Shown: in pieces, positions 32,437 through 42,517 of the stretch
Numbering within the stretch: the first letter of the stretch is position 1
Layout of the letters: each line of letters begins with the position of its first letter
DNA from: Planctomycetota bacterium
GTDB lineage: Bacteria; Planctomycetota; UBA1135; UBA2386
Length of the DNA stretch: 64,000 bases
Assembly (NCBI GenBank): GCA_046290465.1
Contig: JBKAGP010000001.1
Location: forward strand, 1,888,001-1,952,000
Direction of reading: 5' to 3'
The notes under the pieces: model-generated
Told to the model about the DNA's origin: nothing
The model's database searches: none
Seen by the model: the letters and a program-made list of their open reading frames with translations, nothing else
Position numbers and translations under genes: made by a program

Positions 32437-34520
32437 CGCGGGAACGCCTCCGGCAGGCCGCCGTCGATCGGCAGCACCGCGCCGGTGGTCGGCGTGCGCT
32501 GCGCGGCGAACCACGCCACCGCTTCGCCGACGTGGCGCGGCGTCACCTGCTGCTTGAGCAGCGAACGTTCGCGGTAGTACTCGCGCAGCTGGCCGGCGTC
32601 GAGGCCGCGCGCCTGCATGCGGTCCGGGCCGACCTCGGCCCACAGCTGGCTCGGCACGTGGTCGTCGCCGAACACCGCGTCGGCGTTGACGATGTTGACG
32701 CGCACCTGCAGCTCGGCCAGTTCCATCGCGGCGATCCGGCCGAGCTGCAGCGCCGCCGCCTTGCTCGCCGAGTAGGCGCCGAAGCGCGCCCCGGGAGCGA
32801 ACACGTTCTTGCTGGCCTGCAGCACCACCGAGCCACCGGTCTGCTGCGCGCGGAACGTGCGCGCCGCGGCCTGCAGCAGCAGCATGGTGCCGGTCGTGTT
32901 GACGTCGAGCACCCGCTGGAACGTCGCGTGGTCCATCTCCTCCAGCGAGCTGACGTGCGCGATGCCGGCGTTGGGCACGACGCAGTCGACGCCGCCGAAC
33001 TCGGCGCAGCACTCGGCGAACAGCCGCTGCACGTCGTCGGGTGAGGTCAGGTCGGCGACCACGGTGTGCAGCCGTTCGCCGCCGCGCAGGCGCGCGTGCA
33101 CGGTTGCGAGGCGGTCGGCGTCGACATCGGTCGCCAGCACGCAGGCGCCGCGCTCGAGCAGCACCTCGCAGACACCGGCGCCGATCGCGCCGGCGGCCCC
33201 GGTCACCAACGCCACCTGCCCCTGCAGCTCGGGCGCCTGCTGCCTGCCGAGCTTGGCCAGCTCCAGCGGCCAGTACTCCATCTCAGCCAGCTCGTCGTCG
33301 CTCAGCGCGACGTATTCGCCGAGCGCATGCGCCTGCGCCTTGACGCGCAGCGTGTGCTCGGCGAGGTCGGCGGCGATGCGCGCGCCCTTGCGGCTCGCGT
33401 GCAGCGCCACCAGCCCAACGCCGGCGAGCACCGCGACGACCGGCTTCGGCGCGTGCATGTGGTGCGGCGAGAGCCGCTGCGCGCTGCGTTCGTAGTAGCG
33501 GCGGTAGGCGACCTCGTACTCGCCGACCAGCCGGCGCACGCGGTCCGGGCTCTGCCAGTCCTCGCGCGTCAGGTGCAGGTAGTGGCCCTTGGTGCGGATC
33601 ACGTGGTCGGGCGTGATCGGGTTGCTCTGGCACAGCTCGCGCGCCTGGCCGTGCAGGCCGAACGCCGCCAGGTCGTCGTCGGTGCGCGCGTCGACCACGA
33701 CCCGGTCGAAGCCGACGTCGCTGCGGCGCGCGCACGCACCGCGCAGCGCCGGCAGCACCTGGCCGAGCGCCGCCTGTCGGTCGTCGAACGGCAGCGGGCC
33801 GAGCTCCTCGCTGAGCATCGCCGGCACGCCGCCGAGCTCGCGGTCGACGTAGCGCTGGGCGCGATCGACCAGCTCGACGGTGCGGCGGTAGCTCTCCTGC
33901 GCCGAGTCGCCGAACGTGAACAGGCCGTGCTTCGCGAGCACGATGCCGATGCAGTCCGGCGAACGGTCGTAGGCGTCGGCGACCGCCTTGGCGAGCGGGA
34001 AGCCGGGCATGATCCACGGCAGCACCAGCACGTCGGCGCCGAGCGCCTTCTTGACGTGCCGTTCGGGCACCGGCTGGTCGGTCAACGCCAGGATCGCGTT
34101 GGCGTGCGTGTGGTCGACGAACGTGTGCGGCAGGAACGCGTGCAGCAGCGCCTCGACCGACGGGTTGGGCGAGCGGCTGTCGAGCAGCGCACCGCGCACC
34201 GCGTTGACCATGTCCTCGTCGGACAGCTCCTCCAGCTGGCGCAGTTCGCGCAGCGCCTGCAGCCGCACCGCCGGCAGCCCAGGCGGTTCGATGTCGACCA
34301 GGTCCCAGCCGCTGCCCTTGACGCACAGCACCTCGACGTCGCGGCCGAGCAGATCCTTCGCGGTCGTCTTGACCGACGTGTTGCCGCCGCCGTGCAGCAC
34401 CAGCGTCGGGTCGCGACCGAGCAGCCGTGAGGTGTAGACACGCTGCGCCACGGTCTCGCCCGCGGCGGCGAACCGGTCGACGAACGCCTTGGCTTCGTCG
34501 TCGTTCCAGAGGTCAGGCAT
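32433..34520 (-). CDS. Bifunctional class II aldolase / short-chain dehydrogenase (RhaEW-like)
   Basis: HGGGNTSVK, KGSGWDL, PSVEALLH, DHTH, TPDH, EYWPLE; TGAAGAIG and YSASK. Confidence 0.9.
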   Translation of the reverse strand: MPDLWNDDEAKAFVDRFAAAGETVAQRVYTSRLLGRDPTLVLHGGGNTSVKTTAKDLLGRDVEVLCVKGSGWDLVDIEPPGLPAVRLQALRELRQLEELSDEDMVNAVRGALLDSRSPNPSVEALLHAFLPHTFVDHTHANAILALTDQPVPERHVKKALGADVLVLPWIMPGFPLAKAVADAYDRSPDCIGIVLAKHGLFTFGDSAQESYRRTVELVDRAQRYVDRELGGVPAMLSEELGPLPFDDRQAALGQVLPALRGACARRSDVGFDRVVVDARTDDDLAAFGLHGQARELCQSNPITPDHVIRTKGHYLHLTREDWQSPDRVRRLVGEYEVAYRRYYERSAQRLSPHHMHAPKPVVAVLAGVGLVALHASRKGARIAADLAEHTLRVKAQAHALGEYVALSDDELAEMEYWPLELAKLGRQQAPELQGQVALVTGAAGAIGAGVCEVLLERGACVLATDVDADRLATVHARLRGGERLHTVVADLTSPDDVQRLFAECCAEFGGVDCVVPNAGIAHVSSLEEMDHATFQRVLDVNTTGTMLLLQAAARTFRAQQTGGSVVLQASKNVFAPGARFGAYSASKAAALQLGRIAAMELAELQVRVNIVNADAVFGDDHVPSQLWAEVGPDRMQARGLDAGQLREYYRERSLLKQQVTPRHVGEAVAWFAAQRTPTTGAVLPIDGGLPEAFPR

Positions 34521-34523
34521 GGA

Positions 34524-35495
34524 TCAGCGCGCCGGTCGGTGTTCGCGCAGCCAGGCGAGCAGCTGCTCGAGGTCGCTGGGCATCGGCGCTTCGATGGTCA
34601 TCGGTTGCTGGGTCACGGGGTGCGGCACGGTCAGCTGCCGGGCGTGCAGGCAGTGGCGGCCGGGACTCGGCGCCTCCCGCGGCAATTGGTCGTGCTGACG
34701 ACGGCGCGAACGATACACGCGGTCCCCCACCAGCGAGTGCCCGATCGACGTCATGTGTACGCGGATCTGGTGCGTGCGGCCGGTCTTGGGACGGCACAGC
34801 ACGTGGCAGAAGCCGTCGAAGCGCTCGAGGATCTCGTAGTAGGTCGACGACTCGCGGCCGCCCTCCTGGACCACCGCCATCCGGTCCGGCTGCTTCGGGT
34901 CGGTCGCGATCGCCCGGTCGATCCAGTCGCTCTGGAAGCGCGGCTCGCCGTAGACGATGCAGCGGTACTCCTTCTCGGCGGTGCGGTCGCGGAACTGCGC
35001 CCGCAGGAAGTCGAGCGCCAGCTGCGACTTGGCGACCAGCATCACGCCGCTGGTGTCGCGGTCGAGGCGGTGCACGATGCCGGGGCGGTCGGCGTCGGGC
35101 GCGGTCGGCAACTCGCCGTAGGTGGCCCTGGCCCAGCTGGCGACCGTGTGCGCGGGGCGGTGTCGGCCCTCCGGCGGGTGCGCCGCGATCCCGACGGGCT
35201 TGTCGATCGCACACAGATCCGGATCGTCGTAGAGCGTGCGGATCTCGGGCAGCGGCAGATCGGGCTGCAGCGGATCGCGCGCCTCGGTCGGGTCGAGCGA
35301 AAACCGGACCTGCTGGCCGGCCTCGAGGGTGAGGCCGGGTCGCACGCGGTGGTCGGGCACCTCGACGAGGCCCTGGTCGAGCATGCGGCGCGCCTGACTT
35401 CGGGTCGTGACCTCGGGCTGCTGCGCGAGGAATACGTCGAGGCGCACGCCGGCGTCGAGCGGCGAAACGGTGCGGATCAAGGGTGCGTCGGCCAT
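34524..35495 (-). CDS. rluD: RluA-family 23S rRNA pseudouridine synthase with S4 domain
   Basis: RLDVFL, DKPVG, RPGIVHRLDRDTSG, TGRTHQIRVH, LHA. Confidence 0.9.
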   Translation of the reverse strand: MADAPLIRTVSPLDAGVRLDVFLAQQPEVTTRSQARRMLDQGLVEVPDHRVRPGLTLEAGQQVRFSLDPTEARDPLQPDLPLPEIRTLYDDPDLCAIDKPVGIAAHPPEGRHRPAHTVASWARATYGELPTAPDADRPGIVHRLDRDTSGVMLVAKSQLALDFLRAQFRDRTAEKEYRCIVYGEPRFQSDWIDRAIATDPKQPDRMAVVQEGGRESSTYYEILERFDGFCHVLCRPKTGRTHQIRVHMTSIGHSLVGDRVYRSRRRQHDQLPREAPSPGRHCLHARQLTVPHPVTQQPMTIEAPMPSDLEQLLAWLREHRPAR

Positions 35496-35734
35496 CGGGG
35501 ACGACGCATTCTCGGCACGCACTTCGATCACGCAAACGAAAAGAAGCGTGACCCACAGCGCCGGTGCCATGGCTTTTGCAAGGACAATCCACAACTGCCC
35601 CCAAGCGAAGGAATGTTGTCCACAGAATCCTCAGAACCCTGTTGAGCATGGATGCAAACCGTGGAGACTCGCGCGGACATACGGCCCTCCGAGAACTCCC
35701 GGTCTTCCCATGCATGAGACCGGCGACACAAACC

Positions 35735-36841
35735 ATGAGACTTCCCGAGGCTTCCCAACCGTGGCGCGCGGATGACGCCGCCTCCCCGACCTCTCTCGCC
35801 TGGTCGCAGCCCCCGCGAACCAACCAAACGCCCGCGCGCAACGCGCGAACGCCCTACCGAGTCCTCGTCGTCGACGACGAACGAGACGTGCTACGCAGCC
35901 TTTCCCAGACGCTCGCACACGACGGCTTCGACGTCGTCTGCGCGAGTTCGCTGGCGCAAGGCGTCGCGACGCTGCACGCGCGCGACTTCGACCTGGTGCT
36001 GACCGATCTCTACCTCGGTCCGACCGACCTCGGTTCGAAGATCGCGGAAGCAGCGCAGGCGCTGCGGCCATCGCCGCCGGTGATCGTGCTGACCGGCAAG
36101 CCGTCGTTCGACGGCGCGCAGGCCGCGATGCGCCACCACGTCGCCGACATGGTGGTCAAGCCGGTCGACCCGTGCAACCTGCTGGCGACCTGCCGCCGGG
36201 TGCTGCAGGAGGCCGAGCTCGAGCGCCGCAACCGCGAGCTCGAGTCGGTCAACCAAGTGCTGGCGTCGGTGATTCCGCGCACGATCGAGATCAAGGATCC
36301 GACCACCAGCGGCCACGCCGCGCGCGTCGTCGGCTACACCGACACGCTCGCGCAGCGCTGCGGCGTATCCGAGGAGGACCGCGCGTCGCTTCGCCTCGCG
36401 AGCCTGCTGCACGACGTCGGCAAGATCGGGATCCCGGACAACATCCTGCAGAAGCCCGGCCCGCTGACCCAGGACGAACGAGAGGTCATCAACCGCCACC
36501 CGCAGATGGGCTATGAGGTCCTGCGCGACCTCAACATGAACGAGAACGTGCGGCTGTGGGTCTACCAGCACCACGAGCGCTGGGACGGCAAGGGCTACCC
36601 CAACTGCCTGGCCGGCGAGGACGTGGCGCTGCCCGGCCGGATCCTGGTGCTGGCCGAGGTCTACGACGCGCTCGCCGAGGAACGCAGCTACAAGCCGGCC
36701 TGGCCGGTCGCCAAGATCGTCGCGCTGTTCCGCGAGGAGGCCGGCCGCCAGTTCGACCCCGAGCTGGCCCACCTGGTCGCCGACGGGCTCGAGAAGAAGG
36801 GCGGGCGATTCTTCGCCCAGAGCCCGGACATGCTGTTCTGA
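35735..36841 (+). CDS. Response regulator with HD-GYP domain (RpfG-like c-di-GMP phosphodiesterase)
   Basis: VVDDE, LTD, KP receiver motifs; LHDVGKIG, HHERWDGKGYP; start uncertain. Confidence 0.9.
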   Translation: MRLPEASQPWRADDAASPTSLAWSQPPRTNQTPARNARTPYRVLVVDDERDVLRSLSQTLAHDGFDVVCASSLAQGVATLHARDFDLVLTDLYLGPTDLGSKIAEAAQALRPSPPVIVLTGKPSFDGAQAAMRHHVADMVVKPVDPCNLLATCRRVLQEAELERRNRELESVNQVLASVIPRTIEIKDPTTSGHAARVVGYTDTLAQRCGVSEEDRASLRLASLLHDVGKIGIPDNILQKPGPLTQDEREVINRHPQMGYEVLRDLNMNENVRLWVYQHHERWDGKGYPNCLAGEDVALPGRILVLAEVYDALAEERSYKPAWPVAKIVALFREEAGRQFDPELAHLVADGLEKKGGRFFAQSPDMLF

Positions 36842-37115
36842 GCTCCGCTCCGAGCGACTCCGGGCGGCCCTGAGCCGCCCGCGCCCGGCGCGGCGAGCGC
36901 GCTGCCCTCGCCGCGATCGCACCGCAGACACCGTGGCACGGCCGCGGTCGGCCCGGCTGCGGCCGGGCCCCTTGCCGACGCGCCGATGTCGGCGACAATG
37001 ACGGTGCGGGCGTGTCTCCCGAGCCACGGCCCGTTAGCCTGTAGCGACCCCTCTGCACGCCGAGAACGCGCGCCCTCGCGCTCCCGGTCCACCGTCTTTC
37101 CTGCCTCCCCAATCG

Positions 37116-39140
37116 ATGATGCGATCGACCCCGCTGCGCACGACGGCGCTGACCCTGTCCCTCAGCACCCTCTGCTTCGCCACACTCTCCACCAACACCG
37201 CCGTCGGCCAGGGCCCCAGCGGCGCCCAGCTGCCGGCCTCGGACAAGTCGAGCGCTGACAAGCCGGACGCTGGCAAGCCGAACGACGACACCCTGCCGTC
37301 GTTCCTGCTCAAGGTGCCGGGCGGCGACGTCCAGATGGGCATGGAGATCGACGCATTCGTGCAGGCGTGCGCCGAGGCCGCGTTCGAGTTCAACCCGTCG
37401 ATCGCGCACAAGGCCGCGAAGGACAAGTTCGTGCAGGCGATGCGCCGGTCGGCCTCGATCATCGGCCGCAAGCAGGTGCACGTCGACACGTTCTACCTCG
37501 GCAAGTGGCCGGTCAAGAACAGCGAATACGAGGTGTTCGTCAAGGCCGAGCGCGCCGCCAAGCGCGAGATCCGGCCGCCGATGCACTGGTGGCGCGAAGG
37601 CGCCAAGGAAGAGTACGAGAAGGCGCTGCCGGACATCCGCAAGGCGTTCCCGAAGATGGAGAACGCACCGCTGCTCTACTGGGAGCGCCACGGCCACGAA
37701 CTGCCCTACAAGGTGCAGGACGACAAGGGTGAGTCGATCGCCGACCACCCGGTCGTCTACGTCAGCTGGCGCGACGCCAACCGCTTCGCCGCGAGCCTCG
37801 GCATGCGCCTGCCGACCGAGAAGGAGCTGACCCGCGCGATGCGCGGCGACGGCACCCACACCTGGCCGGGCGGCGAGCAGGACGACACCTGGTCGCGCAA
37901 GAAGCTCGAACTGCTGCAGATGGCCACGACCTCCCAGCTGAAGCTCAAGCCGGTCGGCACGGTCCCCGGCGCGGTCGGCCCGTATGGCCACCTGGACATG
38001 TTCGGCCAGGTCTGGCAACTGTGCGGCGACCTCGGCTTCGACCCGATCCACCGCGACATGGACGACTTCGTCAAGACGTGGGAGAAGGGCCTGCAGAAGC
38101 ACAAGCTCGGCCGCATGCTCGAGCAGAAGCCGACCTTCCGCGGCAACTACATCATCGCCAAGGGCGGCAGCTACCTGTCGTACCAGGAGCCGGTGCAGCT
38201 GATGATCGACGCGCGCGCGCCGATGCAGACCACCGCGGTGTTCGAGAGCATGGGCTTCCGCCTCGCCAAGAGCCTGCAGCCCGGCTACGACTTCCTCTAC
38301 TCCCTCCAGCGCATCCAGTTCGACAGCTCGGCGTTCAAGAAGAACCAGGAGCTGGCGCTGGGCGACCTGGTCGGCGGCGAGCGCTACACGCTGGCCGAGA
38401 ACGGCTTCCCGACCGCCTACGACGCGGTCGCGTTCGCGCCGGTCAACTGGCTGTTCGACGAGAAGTCCAAGAAGCTCAAGCAGATGAACGAGGAGTCGCA
38501 GAGCCGCCCGATGCTGATCGGCGCGCTGGCGACCACCGCCAAGTTCGAGAACGGCATCGAGCCGGGCCTGTACTCGGTGTTCTTCCGCGCTGCCGGCATC
38601 CCGAAGGAGCTGCGCGACTCGGTCAAGCAGGGCCACAAGGCCGTGCTGAAGGAGCGCAAGGCCGCCGAGAAGGCCAAGAAGAACGGCAAGGACAAGGACG
38701 ACGACAAGAAGCAGGACAAGAAGCCGAGCAAGTGGCGCATGGTCACCAAGCGCTTCGGCCTGACCGACGACGACCTCGCCGATGCGAAGGCCGCCAACGG
38801 CAACCTCGGCTTCGTGCGCATCGACGGCGTCGAGATCCCGACCGACCGCGACTCCTACATCATGGCCACCAAGGGCAAGATGATCGGCGTCATCGAAGGC
38901 ACCAAGAAGAAGGCCTCGATGAACCCGAGTCCGATCGCGAGCGAGGTCGCAGTCGTCGCCGGCGGCAAGGGCAAGGAGGACAAGACCGTCGCCGAGTTCG
39001 AGTTCGGAATCCCCATGGTGGCGCGGAATCCGAAGAAGGTGGTCGTCTTCCAGCTGCACGCGGTGTTGGATCAGGCCCCTCCGACTCCGGACAAGCCCTG
39101 GCGCCTGCCGAAGGTAGAGTCGGACCCGAAGAAGAAGTAG
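37116..39140 (+). CDS. Exported FGE/SUMF1-fold protein with insertions and Lys-rich C-terminal domain
   Basis: HPVVYVSWRDA, RLPTEKE, DMFGQVWQ, KGGSY, GFRLAK; signal peptide. Confidence 0.8.
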   Translation: MMRSTPLRTTALTLSLSTLCFATLSTNTAVGQGPSGAQLPASDKSSADKPDAGKPNDDTLPSFLLKVPGGDVQMGMEIDAFVQACAEAAFEFNPSIAHKAAKDKFVQAMRRSASIIGRKQVHVDTFYLGKWPVKNSEYEVFVKAERAAKREIRPPMHWWREGAKEEYEKALPDIRKAFPKMENAPLLYWERHGHELPYKVQDDKGESIADHPVVYVSWRDANRFAASLGMRLPTEKELTRAMRGDGTHTWPGGEQDDTWSRKKLELLQMATTSQLKLKPVGTVPGAVGPYGHLDMFGQVWQLCGDLGFDPIHRDMDDFVKTWEKGLQKHKLGRMLEQKPTFRGNYIIAKGGSYLSYQEPVQLMIDARAPMQTTAVFESMGFRLAKSLQPGYDFLYSLQRIQFDSSAFKKNQELALGDLVGGERYTLAENGFPTAYDAVAFAPVNWLFDEKSKKLKQMNEESQSRPMLIGALATTAKFENGIEPGLYSVFFRAAGIPKELRDSVKQGHKAVLKERKAAEKAKKNGKDKDDDKKQDKKPSKWRMVTKRFGLTDDDLADAKAANGNLGFVRIDGVEIPTDRDSYIMATKGKMIGVIEGTKKKASMNPSPIASEVAVVAGGKGKEDKTVAEFEFGIPMVARNPKKVVVFQLHAVLDQAPPTPDKPWRLPKVESDPKKK

Positions 39141-39190
39141 CAGCGCCGCGCGCGGGTCGCGCGGCTCGGAAACGAACCGCGAGACTCGCC

Positions 39191-39754
39191 GTGACCGCCA
39201 ACAAGCACCCCGACGCCAAGACGAAGATCAACCAGAAGGCCGAGCAGGCCTTCTTCGTCCAGGACTACTCCCCTGCCCAGCGCATCGACGGCGTCGAGAT
39301 CGTCGAACTGAAGCGCTTCAACGACGACGGCGGGGCGATCACCGAGCTGGGCCGCCTGACCGCGGGCATGCACCAACAGCTGCCCGACTTCGAGGTCAAG
39401 CAGGTCAACTACTCGGAGATGGAGCCGGGCGCCTGCAAGGCGTTCCACATGCACCACCGCCAGACCGACGTCTGGTATGTGCCGCCGAGCGACAAGCTGC
39501 TGCTGGTGCTGCACGACTGCCGCGAGGGCTCGCCGACCGAGGAGCAGACGATGCGCTTCGTGCTCGGCGACGGCAAGGACCGCCTGGTGCGCATCCCGCC
39601 GGGCGTCGCGCACGGCGCGCGCAACATCGGCCAGCAGGTCGGCCGGATCATCTACATGGTCGACGTGGCGTTCTCGGTCGACGAGAACTGCGACGAGGGC
39701 CGCCTGCCGTGGGACTACCTCGGCGCCGACATCTGGGAGATCGTGCGCGGCTGA
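39191..39754 (+). CDS. dTDP-4-dehydrorhamnose 3,5-epimerase (RmlC-like cupin) family protein
   Basis: IDGVEIVELK, DDGG, KAFHMH, DCREGSPT, IPPGVAHG. Confidence 0.8.
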   Translation: MTANKHPDAKTKINQKAEQAFFVQDYSPAQRIDGVEIVELKRFNDDGGAITELGRLTAGMHQQLPDFEVKQVNYSEMEPGACKAFHMHHRQTDVWYVPPSDKLLLVLHDCREGSPTEEQTMRFVLGDGKDRLVRIPPGVAHGARNIGQQVGRIIYMVDVAFSVDENCDEGRLPWDYLGADIWEIVRG

Positions 39755-39772
39755 GGCCGCGACGACGCGCCC

Positions 39773-41059
39773 CTACTCGTCCAGCAGGTAGCGACGCGCG
39801 CGCTGGTCGAAGCGCAGCCGCGGCGCCATCGCCTCGAGGTCGTCGGCGAGCCCTCGGGCCGCCGCCACCATCGTCTCGGGGCGCATCAGCATGGCGCTGT
39901 CGAGCGCGCGCCGGCCGCCGCCCTCGGACGGAGCGATCAGCACCAGCCAGAGCAGCGGCTGCGCCCACTCGTGGTCGTCGACGGTCAGCTCGCGGCAGAA
40001 CCGCTGGGCCGCCTGCAGCCCGCCGAGCTGCGCCAGCGCCAGCAGACCGGCCAGGCGCAGCTGCCGCCGCCCGGACGTGCTCCAGTCGGCATAGCGCAGC
40101 GCCGCCAGATCGGAGTCGTGCGGGCGCACCAGCGCCCGCAGCCGCATCGTCGTGCGCACGTCGCGGTCGGGATCGTCCAGGAGGCGTGTGGCGGCCTGCC
40201 ACCAGCCGTCGCTCGCCGGGTCCTGGTCGAGGCCGTCGGCGGCGCGCTCGCGCACGCGCGCCAGTTCGTGGCGGCTCAGCGGCAGCATCAGGTCGCTGAC
40301 CGTGCCGGTCGCGACCATGCGCTGCCAGCCGACGAACCGCCGCTGCAGCTCCTCCGGCGGCGACTCGGCGACGGCCGCGATCGCGGCGACATCGGTCGGC
40401 GGCTCGTCGCGCAGCAGGAACCACGTGAACGACGTGCCCTCGGCGTAGAGCGCCGCGGCGCGCTCCGGCCGGTCCGGGTAGCAGTCGACGAACGACAGCA
40501 GCTGCGCGGCGTCGAGCCAGGCATCGCGGCCGAGCAGCTGCCGCGCGGTCCGCTCGCGCGCGACGTTCGGCAGCCAGATCAGCCGGCCCTGCGCGTCCAG
40601 CATCGACGCGCTGAGCACCTCGCACAGGCCCTCCTCGTACCAGCGCGGCAGCGTCAGCCCGGCGCGTTCGACCAGCGCGTGCACCAGTTCGTGCAGGAAC
40701 GTCTCGCGCGACGCCATCACCGGCATCGCCGCCTTCAGGTCGCCGCCGTAGCCGGCCATCACGTGGATCTCGTCGCCGCCGTGCCAGCCCGAGACCCGCA
40801 GCTCGCCGAGTTGTGCGGTGGCCTCGTCGTGCACGTAGACGTGCAGGCCGTCGAGATCGTCCTGCCCGAACAGCCGCCGCAGCGCATCGATGCGGGCGCG
40901 CACGTCGGCGTCGAACACGAACTCGGTGCGCACCAGCTCGAAGTCGCTGTGCATCTCGAAGCCGAGGGCCGGATGCCGCCAGCGGTGCGGCAGGTCGGCG
41001 CGACACGCCGCGACCAGCAGCATCGCGACGATCGCCGGGGCGCGGACACGGGGCGGCAT
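39773..41059 (-). CDS. Lipoprotein with gluzincin-like HExxH motif and helical-repeat C-terminus
   Basis: Lipobox VAAC; HELVH...PRWYEEGLCE. Confidence 0.7.
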   Translation of the reverse strand: MPPRVRAPAIVAMLLVAACRADLPHRWRHPALGFEMHSDFELVRTEFVFDADVRARIDALRRLFGQDDLDGLHVYVHDEATAQLGELRVSGWHGGDEIHVMAGYGGDLKAAMPVMASRETFLHELVHALVERAGLTLPRWYEEGLCEVLSASMLDAQGRLIWLPNVARERTARQLLGRDAWLDAAQLLSFVDCYPDRPERAAALYAEGTSFTWFLLRDEPPTDVAAIAAVAESPPEELQRRFVGWQRMVATGTVSDLMLPLSRHELARVRERAADGLDQDPASDGWWQAATRLLDDPDRDVRTTMRLRALVRPHDSDLAALRYADWSTSGRRQLRLAGLLALAQLGGLQAAQRFCRELTVDDHEWAQPLLWLVLIAPSEGGGRRALDSAMLMRPETMVAAARGLADDLEAMAPRLRFDQRARRYLLDE

Positions 41060-41074
41060 GGCCCCGATCGTCGG

Positions 41075-42511
41075 TCACAACAGCGGCGAGAACAACCCGC
41101 AGACGCCGTCGACGAGCCGCACCAACGGGTTGTGCGGCAGCGCTTCGACGGTCACCGCGCGGAAGTCGGCGGCGCGCTCGTCGACGGTGCGCTGCACCTC
41201 AGAGGCCAGCTCCGGGGCATCCAGCGCAACCGCCGCCAGCTCGAAGTTGAGGTTGGCGCTGCGCAGGTCCATGTTGGCGCTGCCGATGAACACGGTGCGG
41301 CCGTCGACCACCAGGAACTTGGCGTGGTTGTAGTGCTTCGGCGTCTCGAACAGTTCGACGCCGGCGTCGAGCAGCGCGCGGTAGTGGTGCCGCTGCGCGT
41401 GGTAGAGCAGCCACGCCTCGGCGCCGGGACCGTTGGTGAAGATGCGCACGCGCACCCCGCGCGCCGAGGCCATCTGCATCACGAACAACAGGGTCTGCGG
41501 CAACACCAGGTACGGCGAGCTGAGCGTCACCGTGTGCCGCGCCTCCCCGATCGCCTGCGCGAACGCATACCACAGCACCGCCAGGTCCAGGTCCGGGCCG
41601 CTGGCGACGACGCCGACGCGCGCGTCGCCGACCGCGTCCGGCTCGGGACGGAACGTGTCGGCCAGCACCTCGTCGGAGGCCGTGCACCAGTCCTGCACGA
41701 ACACCGCCTGCAGTTCGTCGACGATCGGCCCGCGCAGTTCGAGCATCGCGTCGTGCCAGTGGCAGCCGCCGGGTAGACGGTCCAGGCGGTACTCGTCGGC
41801 GATGTTGCGGCCGCCGACGTAGCCGACCGCTCCGTCGACGACCAGCAGCTTGCGGTGGTTGCGCAGGTTGACCGTGAACGGCCGCCGCTTCCAGAACAGC
41901 GGCAGGAACGGCACCGCGCGGCCGCCCGCGGCGTGCAGCTCGGCCAGGTGCCGCGCCTTCAGCCCCCAGCTGCCGAACGAGTCGTAGCACAGCCGCACCT
42001 GCACCCCGCGCCGCGCCGCCTCGGCGAGCGTCGCCACGAACCGCAGCCCGGTCGCGTCCGGTCGCAGGATGTAGACCACGCAGTGCACGTGGCGCTCTGC
42101 GTTCGCGACCTGCTCCTCGACCGCCGAGAAGAAGTCCTCGCCGCCCGGCAACCAGCGCAGCGCGTTGCCCGAGCTCAGTCCGCCGTGCACGCACAGCAGC
42201 TGCTCGAGGTCGCCGCCGTCGACGTCGTCGGGCTGTGCGCCGGACTCCGAGGGCAGCACCTCGCGCAGCCGTTCGCCGCGCTTGCGCATGCGGCGCAGAC
42301 GGCGCAGCTGCAGGCGGCGCGGCAGCAGGTAGTAGGCCAGCAGACCGAACCACGGCGCGGCGAGGATCACCGCCATCCATAGCAGCGTGCTCGCCGCCGA
42401 GCCACCGCGCGTCAGCACGCGGTAGACGAACACCACCGCCAGCACTTCGCCGAGCGCGGCGAACGCCAGCACGGCCGTCTGCCACGACCACAGGTCGCCG
42501 GCGAGCAGCAC
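41075..42511 (-). CDS. cls: Cardiolipin synthase (PLD family)
   Basis: Two N-terminal TM helices; HKD motifs NHRKLLVVDG and NHAKFLVVDG; GSANMDLRS. Confidence 0.9.
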   Translation of the reverse strand: MLLAGDLWSWQTAVLAFAALGEVLAVVFVYRVLTRGGSAASTLLWMAVILAAPWFGLLAYYLLPRRLQLRRLRRMRKRGERLREVLPSESGAQPDDVDGGDLEQLLCVHGGLSSGNALRWLPGGEDFFSAVEEQVANAERHVHCVVYILRPDATGLRFVATLAEAARRGVQVRLCYDSFGSWGLKARHLAELHAAGGRAVPFLPLFWKRRPFTVNLRNHRKLLVVDGAVGYVGGRNIADEYRLDRLPGGCHWHDAMLELRGPIVDELQAVFVQDWCTASDEVLADTFRPEPDAVGDARVGVVASGPDLDLAVLWYAFAQAIGEARHTVTLSSPYLVLPQTLLFVMQMASARGVRVRIFTNGPGAEAWLLYHAQRHHYRALLDAGVELFETPKHYNHAKFLVVDGRTVFIGSANMDLRSANLNFELAAVALDAPELASEVQRTVDERAADFRAVTVEALPHNPLVRLVDGVCGLFSPLL

Positions 42512-42517
42512 GCGCCG

